From an uncultured Chloroflexia bacterium (GTDB lineage: Bacteria > Chloroflexota > Limnocylindria > Limnocylindrales > CSP1-4), in contig CAVYBU010000007.1 of the NCBI GenBank assembly GCA_963766735.1, forward strand, positions 1 through 64,000: 64,000 nt of DNA, given 5' to 3'. The position numbers and the translations under genes were made by a program. Positions 27,576 to 36,672 of the stretch are shown one piece after another; the first letter of the stretch is position 1; each line of letters begins with the position of its first letter. The notes below the pieces were generated by a model. That model was not told the origin of the DNA. It made no database searches and saw only the letters and a list, made by a program, of their open reading frames with translations.

Positions 27576-28444
27576 CCACGAGCATCAACGACGCCGTCCA
27601 CTGGCGGTCGGACCTCGGCGGTGGGACCACGGTCGCCCTGGTCCAGGCCGGCACGTTCCGCACCGACGCCGGCGCGATCTTCGGACCCGTGCCATGGATC
27701 CTGTGGCGGGCCTGGGCCGAGGGCGAGCTGGACGAGAATCGGCGGATCCTCCAGGCGCTCAACTGCTTGCTGGTGGAGACGCCGGCCGGGCGCGTCCTGA
27801 TCGAGACCGGGATCGGGGAGCGGCTGGACGAGAAGAACACCGCGATGCGCGGCTACCTGGGCCTGCCAATCGTCCCGGCGTTGCGAGAGGCGGGCTTCGA
27901 CCCCGGCACCGTGGACCTGGTGGCGATGAGCCACCTGCACTTCGATCACGCCGGAGGGTTGCTCCTGGCGGATGGAACCCGGGCGTTCCCGCGGGCGCGG
28001 ATCGTGGCCCAGCGGTCCGAGTGGGAGATCGCGCTGGACGGCAACAGCCGTCTCGTGGCGTCCTACGACCAGCCGGAGCTGCGCCTGGTCGCGGACTGGG
28101 GGGCCGAAGGATGGACGGAGGGTGACCGTGAGCTCCTGCCCGGCGTGTCTGTCGTCCGGACGGGAGGGCACTCCGCGGGTCACCAGGCGATCGTGGTGAA
28201 GGGGTCCGGGCCAGGCGCGCGGACGCTCGCGTTCTTCGGGGACCTGTGCATGCGCCCGTGGGCGGCAAACCCGCGCTGGGTGACAGCGTTCGACGACTTC
28301 CCGCTGGACAGCGTCGCGGTCAAGGGCGAGCTGTTCCGGCGCGCGGTCGAGGACGACTGGATCGTGGCGATGTCGCACGAGGCGCGATCACCGGTCGGGA
28401 AGCTCATCCCGGATCGGGACCGCTTCCGGTTCGAGGCGCTGTAG
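27572..28444 (+). CDS. MBL-fold metallo-hydrolase (YtnP-like), apparent CTG start
   Basis: [28 protein letters not shown]; CTG overlaps the dcd stop. Confidence 0.85.
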   Translation: MTTSINDAVHWRSDLGGGTTVALVQAGTFRTDAGAIFGPVPWILWRAWAEGELDENRRILQALNCLLVETPAGRVLIETGIGERLDEKNTAMRGYLGLPIVPALREAGFDPGTVDLVAMSHLHFDHAGGLLLADGTRAFPRARIVAQRSEWEIALDGNSRLVASYDQPELRLVADWGAEGWTEGDRELLPGVSVVRTGGHSAGHQAIVVKGSGPGARTLAFFGDLCMRPWAANPRWVTAFDDFPLDSVAVKGELFRRAVEDDWIVAMSHEARSPVGKLIPDRDRFRFEAL

Positions 28445-28456
28445 GCGGCCGGGGGC

Positions 28457-29159
28457 TCAGCTGGGCCCGGGGTTGGGGGTGTTCAGCCATTCCCGCAGCA
28501 GGGACTCGGCTCCCTCGTACGTCATCGGCCCGTTCACGACGCGCAGGACACGGCCCTCCCGGTCGATGAGGACCTGGGTCGGCAAGGCGAACACGCGGTA
28601 CTTCTTGAAGATGTCCGCCGTCGCGTCGAACGCGATCGTGTAGGGCAGGCCGTACCGGTCGGCGTAGGCCTGGACGTCGGCCGGGGTGGTCTCCTGGACA
28701 GCGATGCCGATGACCGCCAGGCCGTCCCCGCTGTTGACCGCGATATCACGAAGGACGGGCGTCTCGGCCTGGCAGGGTGGACACCAGGTCGCCCAGAAGT
28801 TCAGCCAGACGAGCTTGCCTCGGAGGTCGGCGAGGCGGACGGGGTTCCCCTTGAGGTCGAGCAGCTCCTGCGTGGTCCCGTCGTCGGCTGTCCACGAGAG
28901 CTCCGGGGCCATGTCGCCGACCGCCAGGCCCTCGTTGGCAGTACCGACGACGTACGCGGTGGACTCCGGGAGCGCCGTGGCACCGGCAGGGACAGCGCCG
29001 ATGGGCCGGGTGACGAGGGTCAGCGCGAGGGCGGCGGCCCCGATGACGGAGACGACGGTCAGGATCTGACGCCACGAGAAGGGGCCGATCCCGCCGCTCC
29101 GCGCCGGAGGGTCCGGAGAGCGTCGCAGGCGGGTGGGGGTCCGGGGGAGCGCCCGTCAC
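28457..29159 (-). CDS. Membrane-anchored TlpA/ResA thiol-disulfide oxidoreductase; apparent frameshift near 29095
   Basis: NFWATWCPPC; in-frame TM segment GIGPFSWRQILTVVSVIG lacks a usable start; GTG 29159 is in another frame. Confidence 0.8.
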
Positions 29160-29195
29160 AGGGGAGCGTCCGTCAAAGGAGAGCGCCCGTCACAG
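29147..29195. repeat. 17-bp tandem repeat x3 at the ccdA/TlpA junction
   Basis: GAGCG(C/T)CCGTCA(C/A)AG at 29147, 29164 and 29181. Confidence 0.85.
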
Positions 29196-30008
29196 CGCCG
29201 GCGAGAACTGGAAGTACTTCGGCAGGAGCACGAGGACGTCGAAGATCATCGCCAGGCCGATCGCTACAACCAGCAAGCCGCCGATCAGCGACACAACCTG
29301 TCCGTGTCGGACGAGGAACCGGACGAGCCTCCGGGAACGGTCGTAGAACGCGGCGATGATCACGAACGGCACCCCCAGGCCGATCGTGTAGCCCACCAGC
29401 AGCAGGGCTCCGCTCAACTTGCCCTCGGACGTGGCGGCCATCGTCAGGATCCCGCCCAGGATTGCCCCGATGCACGGCGTCCACCCGATGGCGAACACGG
29501 CCCCCAGCACGAACGCCGCACCGAACCCCGTGCGGCCTGCCACCAGCCGGCTGCCGACGCGCCCGCCCATGCCGCCGCCATCCGTTGGGGCGAGCGACAT
29601 GCCGCCGGTGGTCGTGGCCAGGCTGGCCGAGGCCCCGGCGTCGAGCGGACGCCATGTTCGCTCCAGCAGCGGGATCTTCAGGATGCCCGCGAGGCTGAGC
29701 CCCATCACGACCAGCACGACACCCCCGATGGTGCGCAGGGGCTTGATGTAGTCGGCGATGGCGCCGCCGGCGAATGCCGCCGTCACGCCGAGGAGGGTGA
29801 ACACCGTCCCGAACCCGGCGACGAACAGCAGCGAGTGGCGCACCGCCGCCCAACGAGAGGGCCTCGCGCCGGAAGCTTCACCCTGGGCCGCGACGGCAAC
29901 CGACGTGAGCTGGCCGAGATAGGCGGGGACCAGCGGCAGGACGCAGGGCGAGAGGAAGGAGATCAGGCCCGCGGCCATGGCCACGAAGAAGGTGAAATCG
30001 CCGTTCAT
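29190..30008 (-). CDS. ccdA: Cytochrome c biogenesis protein CcdA
   Basis: SFLSPCVLPLVP and GWTPCIG motifs. Confidence 0.93.
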   Translation of the reverse strand: MNGDFTFFVAMAAGLISFLSPCVLPLVPAYLGQLTSVAVAAQGEASGARPSRWAAVRHSLLFVAGFGTVFTLLGVTAAFAGGAIADYIKPLRTIGGVVLVVMGLSLAGILKIPLLERTWRPLDAGASASLATTTGGMSLAPTDGGGMGGRVGSRLVAGRTGFGAAFVLGAVFAIGWTPCIGAILGGILTMAATSEGKLSGALLLVGYTIGLGVPFVIIAAFYDRSRRLVRFLVRHGQVVSLIGGLLVVAIGLAMIFDVLVLLPKYFQFSPAL

Positions 30009-30292
30009 CGCAGTGCGGTCCCGTCCAGCGTATCGGCCAGGAACCGGCTCACCTTGTCGGTGCTCGTCGCCAGCTCCAGCTCAGAGCCGCCGATCGCAAG
30101 CACCGGGATCGTGGTCAGGTAGCGCCGGTGCCAGCTCACGTCATCCTCGATGTTGCGATCGACGAGCACGGGGACTGACAGCCCGGTCTCGGCGCGGCGC
30201 GCCAACAGCGCCCCGACGATCGCATGGGCGTCCTCGCACAGGTGGCAGCCCGGTCGGCCGTAGAGGATGAGATCGGGGGGCGGAGCGGTCAC
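30005..30292 (-). CDS. Glutaredoxin-like protein (DUF836)
   Basis: LYGRPGCHLC...IPVL. Confidence 0.85.
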   Translation of the reverse strand: MTAPPPDLILYGRPGCHLCEDAHAIVGALLARRAETGLSVPVLVDRNIEDDVSWHRRYLTTIPVLAIGGSELELATSTDKVSRFLADTLDGTALR

Positions 30293-30379
30293 GTCATGAA
30301 TTGTAGGGGCGTCGGGCGGATCGCCCCACAGGCGCGCCCGGGCCGTGTGTGGTGCCGGGCGGCTCCCTAGAATCCAGCC

Positions 30380-30778
30380 ATGCCCCAGGCGACGCTCTAC
30401 GACCAGATCGGCGGCATGCCGTTCTTCGAGCGGTTGGTCTACCGGTTCTACCAGGGCGTCCGGTCGGATCCGGTGCTGCGGCCGATGTACGCGGAGCAGG
30501 AGGACTTCTCCGGCCCCCGACGACGGCTTACCCTGTTCCTCGTCCAGTATTGGGGTGGGCCGACCACGTACCTCGAGGAGCGCGGCCACCCGCGCCTGAG
30601 AGCCCGCCACTCCCCGTTCTCCATCGGGGACCTGGAGCGCGACCGCTGGCTCCACCACATGCAGGTCGCCATCGACGGGTCCGACGCGCCGCCGGACCTG
30701 CGCGAGCAGCTCGAGAGATACATGGTCAAGGCGGCCGACGCGATGCGCAATCGGGACGAGGACCTGGCCCCGGGCTGA
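30380..30778 (+). CDS. Group II truncated hemoglobin
   Basis: LYDQIGG, FY, QYWGGP..Y...RGHPRLRARH, RDRWL. Confidence 0.93.
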   Translation: MPQATLYDQIGGMPFFERLVYRFYQGVRSDPVLRPMYAEQEDFSGPRRRLTLFLVQYWGGPTTYLEERGHPRLRARHSPFSIGDLERDRWLHHMQVAIDGSDAPPDLREQLERYMVKAADAMRNRDEDLAPG

Positions 30779-30812
30779 GTGGACACCGCCGTCGGGTACG
30801 ATGCAGGTCCGC

Positions 30813-30888
30813 GCCCCCGTAGCTCAGTGGATAGAGCGCAGCCGTCCTAAGGCTGGCGTCGGCGGTTCGAATCCGTCCGGGGGCGCCA
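30813..30888 (+). tRNA. tRNA-Arg (anticodon CCT)
   Basis: Cloverleaf: GCCCCCG/CGGGGGC acceptor, GCTC/GAGC D-arm, CAGCC-GTCCTAA-GGCTG, TTCGAAT loop, encoded CCA. Confidence 0.96.
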
Positions 30889-31000
30889 CTCCATGTTCAA
30901 ACCTGCGATCTTGGCGAAGAACGGCCAGGCATCCAGACGCGGCGCTGAATGCGGTTACGGCGACGATGAGCTGCGGCACATGCAGCCAGGGGGCGATGTC
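30889..31000 (-). pseudogene. Probable large serine recombinase C-terminal remnant 1
   Basis: RIQRRVWMP, frameshift, AWPFFAKIAGLNMEWRPRTDSN running into the tRNA antisense; parallels remnant 2. Confidence 0.4.
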
Positions 31001-31124
31001 GGCGACCACCAGATCGAAATCGGCCACCGCGACCGGACCCGGCAAGCGGGCTCGAGGCCGCAGGCGCTATGGTCCTCGTGTAGAGCGACCCAGCTCGCCC
31101 GCATATGCCGAGGAATAACGTGTG

Positions 31125-33881
31125 ATGCAGGCGCTCGACCGTCGGCTCGTCGCGGTGGTCTTCACGGACATGGTTGGCTACACCGCATTGATGCACGCCG
31201 ACGAGCAGCAGGCCGTCGAACGGCGCAACCGGTACTGGCGGGCGGTCGACCGTCATCACCAGGCTTTCGGTGGGACGATCGTCCAGCGGCTCGGCGATGG
31301 CAGCATGAGCATGTTCCCGAGCTCACTCGCGGCCGTCCGGGCCACAGTCGAGATCCAGCGCGAGCTCGCCGTTGGCGAAATCCCTGTCCGCGTCGGCATC
31401 CACGTCGGTGAGGTGACGCTCGATCGAGAGCGGCTCACTGGTGAGGCGGTGAACATCGCCTCCAGGATCGAGTCCTTCGCCGTGCCCGGCGGGGTGATGC
31501 TGTCGGACTCGGCGTACGACCATCTCAGGAACCGGACGGATGTGGCCGTCGTCAGCCTGGGGCGGTTCAAGCTCAAGAACGTCGGTCGTCCGCTGGAGCT
31601 CTTCGCCGTGTCCGCTGACGGCATCGTCGTGCCGGATCCGCGGGCACTTGAAGGCAAGGGCGAGCGGTTTGCGAGTCTGCCCAGCAACCTCCCGGAGCCG
31701 GTCGGACCATTGCTCGGTCGGGCCACCGAGCTCGACTTGCTCGTCGCGTCGGTCCGAGACCATCGGGTGGTCACGATCACCGGCCCGGGTGGGGTCGGGA
31801 AGACGCGCTTCATGGTCGAGCTCGGCCGCGTGCTCGCCTCGGACTACCTGGACGGCGTCGCGTTCATCCCGCTGGCCGACCTCGTCGAGGCCGATGCCTT
31901 CATACCCGCTCTTGCCGCTGCATTGGACGTCAAGGAGGCCGAAGGACGGACGCTCGGCGACGGTGTCACGTCGCTGATCGGTGACAAGAAGGCGCTCCTG
32001 CTCCTGGACAACCTCGAGCAGATCGTGTCGGCTGCTCCGGAGATCGCCCGGCTGGTGGCAGCCTGTCCAGAGCTTCGGATCGTGATCACCAGCCGGACCC
32101 TGCTGCGGATCGCTGCGGAACGGGAGTTTCCGCTTGCCCCCCTCGCGGTCCCTGCCTCGTCCGACGCGGGCTCGACTGAGGCGCTCCTCGAATACCCGGC
32201 CGTCGCGCTGTTCGTCGAGCGAGCCCGCGCCTCGAAGGGCAGCTTCGCGCTGACGCCGCAGAACGCGGCTGCCGTCACCGAGGTATGCCGCCGCCTGGAC
32301 GGTCTTCCACTGGCGCTTGAGCTCGCTGCCGCGCGGCTGCGGATCCTGTCACCGGAGGCGCTCCTGGAGCGGCTGGACCACGCCTTGAACGTGCTCACCA
32401 CCGGTCCACGCGACACCGCCGAACGGCACCAGACCTTGCGCGCCACGATCGACTGGAGCCACGCGCTGCTGGGGGAGTCGGAGCAGCGTCTCTTCCGGCG
32501 GATGGCCGTGTTCGTCGGCGGTTGCACCCTCGCTGACGTCGACGCTGTCTGTGCAGAGCCGGGCGAGACGAGCCTCGAAGCGCTGGAGTCGCTCGTCGAC
32601 AAGGCGCTCGTGCAGGCAGACGGTCAAGGGGACCGGCTCCGAATGCTCCAGACGATCGGCGAGTACGCCCGGGAGCAGCTCGAGGGGTCGGGAGAGACCG
32701 AGGACGTCACTCGACGATTCGTCACGCGATACGCCGCGATCGCCCAGGACATCCGCGACGGCATCGAAGGTGTCGACCAGGTGGGGTCGCTCCAGCGCGC
32801 CGTCGAGGAGGACGCCAACATCCTGTCCGCGCTCGAGACTCTGCTTGCCATGGCAGTGGCGGGGGACGAGGTCGCGGCGCAGGAAGGTCTGCAGATGTGC
32901 GGGGACCTCTACATGTGCTGGCACATCCGTGGCAAGAACGTCACGGCGAGCGAGTACGGCACAGCCTTCCTCGAGGCGGACAGATCGGGCCGGCCCACGG
33001 TGGCACGGTCGGGCGCGCTCATCACGGCAGGGCTGGGATCGTTCGCCCTGGGCCATCTCGGCCAGGCGGATGAGCAGTGGGCCGAGGCGTATCGAGTCGC
33101 GGAGCAGGTCGGGGCGGGCCGCGAGATGTGTGTCGCGGCGTTCAGCCGGGCCTTCGTGCTTATCGCGATGGGCGACGGGGCGGCAGGACGGTGGGCGAAG
33201 GACGCCCTCGAGCGGAGCCGGGCGCTCGGCTCCGCCTGGGTGCTGGGGTTCTCGCTGACGGTCCACGGTCTCGCCCGTGCGGGCATCGGCGACACGGAGA
33301 CGGCGGAGGCTGAGTACCGGGAAGCCCTGCAGGTCCAGGAGGATCTCGGCGACCTCGAGGGGGCCGGGCTGACGCTGGGCTTCTTCGCTGCGCTCTGCGC
33401 CTCGCGCGGCGAGCGGCCGCGAGCTCTGGAGATGTACCAGCGGGCGTTGACGGGGTACGAGACGATCGGTGATCGTGCCGAGGAGGCCCGCATGCACGAC
33501 GAGATGGCGTGGACCCACCTGCTCAATGATGACATCGCCGAGGCGCGTCACCACTTCCTCGCGTCCGTACGGGCCTACGCCGACGTGGCAAGCGTCCGTG
33601 GCGTCGGGCTCGCGATGATCGGCCTGGCCGCCGCTGAGGGTGTCGAGAATCGGCCGGAGCGGGCCGTGCAGCTTGCCGCGGCGGCGGAGGTCTTCGCCCG
33701 TCAGGAGGGCATCGTCAACGTCTACTCCGACGCGAACCCGGGTCTCAACTTCGTCGAGCAGGCACGCGCATCACTGTCGGAGGCGGACATCGCCCGAGCC
33801 ACGGACATCGGCCGCCGATTGACGATCAAGCAGGCGCTCGACCTCGCCAGGAACGCCGACGCAGCTCCGGCCCAGGCCTAG
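31125..33881 (+). CDS. Class III nucleotidyl cyclase + NB-ARC/STAND ATPase + TPR-like repeats
   Basis: FTDMVGYT, GDG, VNIASRIE; GPGGVGKT, LLLDNLE, DGLPLALELAA; helical repeats. Confidence 0.92.
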   Translation: MQALDRRLVAVVFTDMVGYTALMHADEQQAVERRNRYWRAVDRHHQAFGGTIVQRLGDGSMSMFPSSLAAVRATVEIQRELAVGEIPVRVGIHVGEVTLDRERLTGEAVNIASRIESFAVPGGVMLSDSAYDHLRNRTDVAVVSLGRFKLKNVGRPLELFAVSADGIVVPDPRALEGKGERFASLPSNLPEPVGPLLGRATELDLLVASVRDHRVVTITGPGGVGKTRFMVELGRVLASDYLDGVAFIPLADLVEADAFIPALAAALDVKEAEGRTLGDGVTSLIGDKKALLLLDNLEQIVSAAPEIARLVAACPELRIVITSRTLLRIAAEREFPLAPLAVPASSDAGSTEALLEYPAVALFVERARASKGSFALTPQNAAAVTEVCRRLDGLPLALELAAARLRILSPEALLERLDHALNVLTTGPRDTAERHQTLRATIDWSHALLGESEQRLFRRMAVFVGGCTLADVDAVCAEPGETSLEALESLVDKALVQADGQGDRLRMLQTIGEYAREQLEGSGETEDVTRRFVTRYAAIAQDIRDGIEGVDQVGSLQRAVEEDANILSALETLLAMAVAGDEVAAQEGLQMCGDLYMCWHIRGKNVTASEYGTAFLEADRSGRPTVARSGALITAGLGSFALGHLGQADEQWAEAYRVAEQVGAGREMCVAAFSRAFVLIAMGDGAAGRWAKDALERSRALGSAWVLGFSLTVHGLARAGIGDTETAEAEYREALQVQEDLGDLEGAGLTLGFFAALCASRGERPRALEMYQRALTGYETIGDRAEEARMHDEMAWTHLLNDDIAEARHHFLASVRAYADVASVRGVGLAMIGLAAAEGVENRPERAVQLAAAAEVFARQEGIVNVYSDANPGLNFVEQARASLSEADIARATDIGRRLTIKQALDLARNADAAPAQA

Positions 33882-33915
33882 ACGTCGGTGGGGCTTTGCG
33901 GAGCCCCGGCGCCAT

Positions 33916-34047
33916 GACGTGGCGGGAGCCCAAGCGTCAGTCCGTATGCTGGCCGGCCTGCCCTTCGAGACGCTGCTACCGGGGCATGGGGACCCCATCA
34001 TCGGCGGCGCGTGGAACGAATTGGCCGCGTACCTCGCCGGCGGGTGA
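33916..34047 (+). pseudogene. C-terminal fragment of an MBL-fold hydrolase
   Basis: DVAGAQASVRMLAGLPFETLLPGHGDPIIGGAWNELAAYLAGG*; no upstream body. Confidence 0.6.
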
Positions 34048-34124
34048 AGTACGCGATCGAACAGGACCGCTACCGGCTCTCATGTCAGGCGTAGGCTGCG
34101 AGACGGGCAGTTGGCGCCCGGCGC

Positions 34125-34141
34125 CCGTCCGGGGGCGCCAC
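34125..34141 (+). mobile_element. att-like direct repeat of the tRNA-Arg 3' end
   Basis: CCGTCCGGGGGCGCCAC is identical to 30873-30889. Confidence 0.8.
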
Positions 34142-34320
34142 GACCACACGCTGCCCTGCCCGAAGAACGGCATCGCCTCGGGTCGAAGGCGGATCGAAGC
34201 CGCCCCACGGCCGACGGTCGTCACCTCTTCCACGAGATTCGCGACGGGCTGCTTCGTTTGGTCGGGTGTTGCGCGTTCGAGCGCCGCGGGAACGGCCAGC
34301 GACCGCGTGGGAGGGCGCCC
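34142..34320 (-). pseudogene. Probable large serine recombinase C-terminal remnant 2
   Basis: SLAVPAALERATPDQTKQPVANLVEEVTTVGRGAASIRLRPEAMPFF...WRPRT reading into the att copy. Confidence 0.5.
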
Positions 34321-34376
34321 AGGCCCGGTGGGCTCCCGGAACATCTGGGAGCTCCATGCGGGTCTCCGCTGATCGT

Positions 34377-35528
34377 CTACACCTGCAGGAAGGAGCCCAC
34401 GGCCATCCCCGCGAGCGCGAGCAGGATCAGCGCGAGCACGGCCGGGCCGCCCCAGCGTCCGAGCGACCACGCGGGATCGCGCACCGGACCCGTGCGCCGG
34501 GCGGCCAGGTACATGGGCACCACGATCAGCGCGACGACCAGGGCCGTCGCCCCGGCCGCGAGCCGCAGGAACTCGAGGAACTCCGCGGTCAGGAGCCACA
34601 CGAGGAGCAGGGACGGGATCGTGGCGGCGACCCAGGCGAGCCGGTGCGACACGGCCGTCCGCTCCCGCAGGATGTCCGCCAGGGCGAGCGATACCGACCA
34701 GTAGCTTGTCACCAGCGCCGCGACGATGAACGCCGACCCGACCGTGCCAGCCCAGGGTCCGATCCGGTCGGCGATGCCGATGATGGCGACCTTCGTCACC
34801 TCGGTGGAGACGCCGAGCGCCACGACGGCCACGACCGCCGTCAGCACGCCGTTGAGCGCCAGACCCAGCAGGAGCGCGCGGACGGCGCCCCGGCGATCGT
34901 CCCCCAGCCCGGCCACGACCTGGGGGACGCTGTAGAAGGTCCAGTAGGCGTACATCACCATCGCGTACAGCGCGAGCCACTCCGCCGGCGTCCCGGTCGG
35001 CCCGGGCGGAAGGTCGAACGGGACGCCCACCGCACCGGCGGCGATCACGACCACGAGGCCGAACAGGGCAAGCGCCCCGAACCGCTCGGCAACGCCGACC
35101 GCCTTGAGGCCGAAGAAGACCACTCCCGCTGAGACGACGTAGACCGCGAGCTCGGCGGCGAACCGGTCGATCCTCAGCAGACCGGCGACGATCTCGCCGG
35201 CGCCGGACACATAGGCGGCAAGGTTGGCGAGGAACGCGAGGCTGAGCAGCAGGAACACGGCCCACAGCACCGGCCGGCCCAGGCGACCGTGGAACACGTA
35301 CAAGCGCATCAGCTCAACGATCTGCAGGTCCCGGCCGGTCCGGAACAGGACCTCGGCGAGCATCAGGTGGACCATCGAGCTCGCCGCCCAGGCGATGGGC
35401 AGGATGATGGCCAGCCCCAGCGCGCCAGTGCGGTCCGCGAGATAGGGGACCGCCATGATCCCGGCGCCGACGCCGGCCCCGACCATCAGCGAGGTCGCCT
35501 CCCAAGTGCTCAGTCGCTGGGTCGTCAC
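34377..35528 (-). CDS. Aromatic amino acid permease-like transporter (HAAAP/APC)
   Basis: LMVGAGVGAGIMAVP, many TM segments, ALVTSYW. Confidence 0.85.
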   Translation of the reverse strand: MTTQRLSTWEATSLMVGAGVGAGIMAVPYLADRTGALGLAIILPIAWAASSMVHLMLAEVLFRTGRDLQIVELMRLYVFHGRLGRPVLWAVFLLLSLAFLANLAAYVSGAGEIVAGLLRIDRFAAELAVYVVSAGVVFFGLKAVGVAERFGALALFGLVVVIAAGAVGVPFDLPPGPTGTPAEWLALYAMVMYAYWTFYSVPQVVAGLGDDRRGAVRALLLGLALNGVLTAVVAVVALGVSTEVTKVAIIGIADRIGPWAGTVGSAFIVAALVTSYWSVSLALADILRERTAVSHRLAWVAATIPSLLLVWLLTAEFLEFLRLAAGATALVVALIVVPMYLAARRTGPVRDPAWSLGRWGGPAVLALILLALAGMAVGSFLQV

Positions 35529-35568
35529 GATCCTCTCCGGAGAGTCGGCCCGGGGCCCTGGTCGGTGC

Positions 35569-36672
35569 TCATAGGGTCGCCATCTCGACGTACGGCACCC
35601 GGGTGTCCAGCCCGGCCGCCGGGTCAGCGTCCCACGCCATGACGAACAGGTCGCTGCGGTACGTCACGTGCAGCCACCGACGGGCGACCCGGAGGAGGGG
35701 ATCCTCGTCCGCGAGCCCGAGCATCAGGAACGCCTTGCCCCGCGCCTGCGCCCGTGCCGCAACCGCGGACAGGAGGAGCTCCATCACGTCGGGGTCGTCG
35801 TCGGAGACGCACGTGCACGCCGCGAAGGAGAGCGGGATGGCCGTCCCGGGTGGCGTCAGCGGCCGCGCGCCGATCAGCCGCGCCAGGAGGTCATACCCGG
35901 GGCTCAGGCGCCGGAGCCGCGGTCCATACGCGTGGACGATGTCCTGCTTGAAGGAGGCCTGGTCCCAGCCGGCCATGACACCGGCGATTGCCCCCTCACG
36001 CAGCACCACGGCCACGTCGTCCGGCGCCAGGCCCCGCATCGTCCTTCCCCCGGCGAAGTCCTCGACGGTGTAGGCCGGGTAGAGCTGACGCCGCGGGCCG
36101 TGGGCACGCAGGAATGCCACCGTCGGCTCGAGGCCGATCTCCGCGGCGCTCACGACCTCGAACCCGGCGCGCCTGACCGGCCGACGGGGCCGCAGCAGGA
36201 TCGCGCAGACCGTTAGTCCGGCGAGCCGGGCCGAGCGGAGCCCGCCGGGGGGGCGCGCGCCAAGCAGCACCCCACGAGCACGGGGGTTCTCACGGGCGAT
36301 GACCCCCATGTACAGCAGCCCCGGTGGGCTGGCGGCCCGAAACACCGGCATCGAGCGGTGCAGCAGCCACCGCCCACGATAGCCATCGGCCACACGGATC
36401 TGGCCGACGTAGCCCACACGGGTCTCGGCGCCGTTGAGGAAGGCGGAATGCTCGGCGCGGCACAGGATCCCGGCAAGGCTGCCATCCGGGGCACGACCGA
36501 CAAACACGTCGCAGGGGTCGCCCATGATGGACGTGCCCAGGAAGTAGTCGGGCTCGCGAGCGAACCGCACGCTGACAGCACCCGGCATCGGGGTAGCGGC
36601 CACGAGGCGGCGGATATCGGGCTCGTCGTCCGGCGTGGCGAGACGGACCTCGATGTCGGCCGGGGCGCTCAT
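35569..36672 (-). CDS. GNAT-fold protein of unknown function
   Basis: VRLATPDD, FAREPDYF, GYVGQIRVADGYRG; ATGA overlap with the radical SAM gene. Confidence 0.8.
   Translation of the reverse strand: MSAPADIEVRLATPDDEPDIRRLVAATPMPGAVSVRFAREPDYFLGTSIMGDPCDVFVGRAPDGSLAGILCRAEHSAFLNGAETRVGYVGQIRVADGYRGRWLLHRSMPVFRAASPPGLLYMGVIARENPRARGVLLGARPPGGLRSARLAGLTVCAILLRPRRPVRRAGFEVVSAAEIGLEPTVAFLRAHGPRRQLYPAYTVEDFAGGRTMRGLAPDDVAVVLREGAIAGVMAGWDQASFKQDIVHAYGPRLRRLSPGYDLLARLIGARPLTPPGTAIPLSFAACTCVSDDDPDVMELLLSAVAARAQARGKAFLMLGLADEDPLLRVARRWLHVTYRSDLFVMAWDADPAAGLDTRVPYVEMATL

Noticed and set aside
30801-31118. ORFs overlapping the tRNA
   Set aside because: They are translations of the tRNA sequence and adjacent scar
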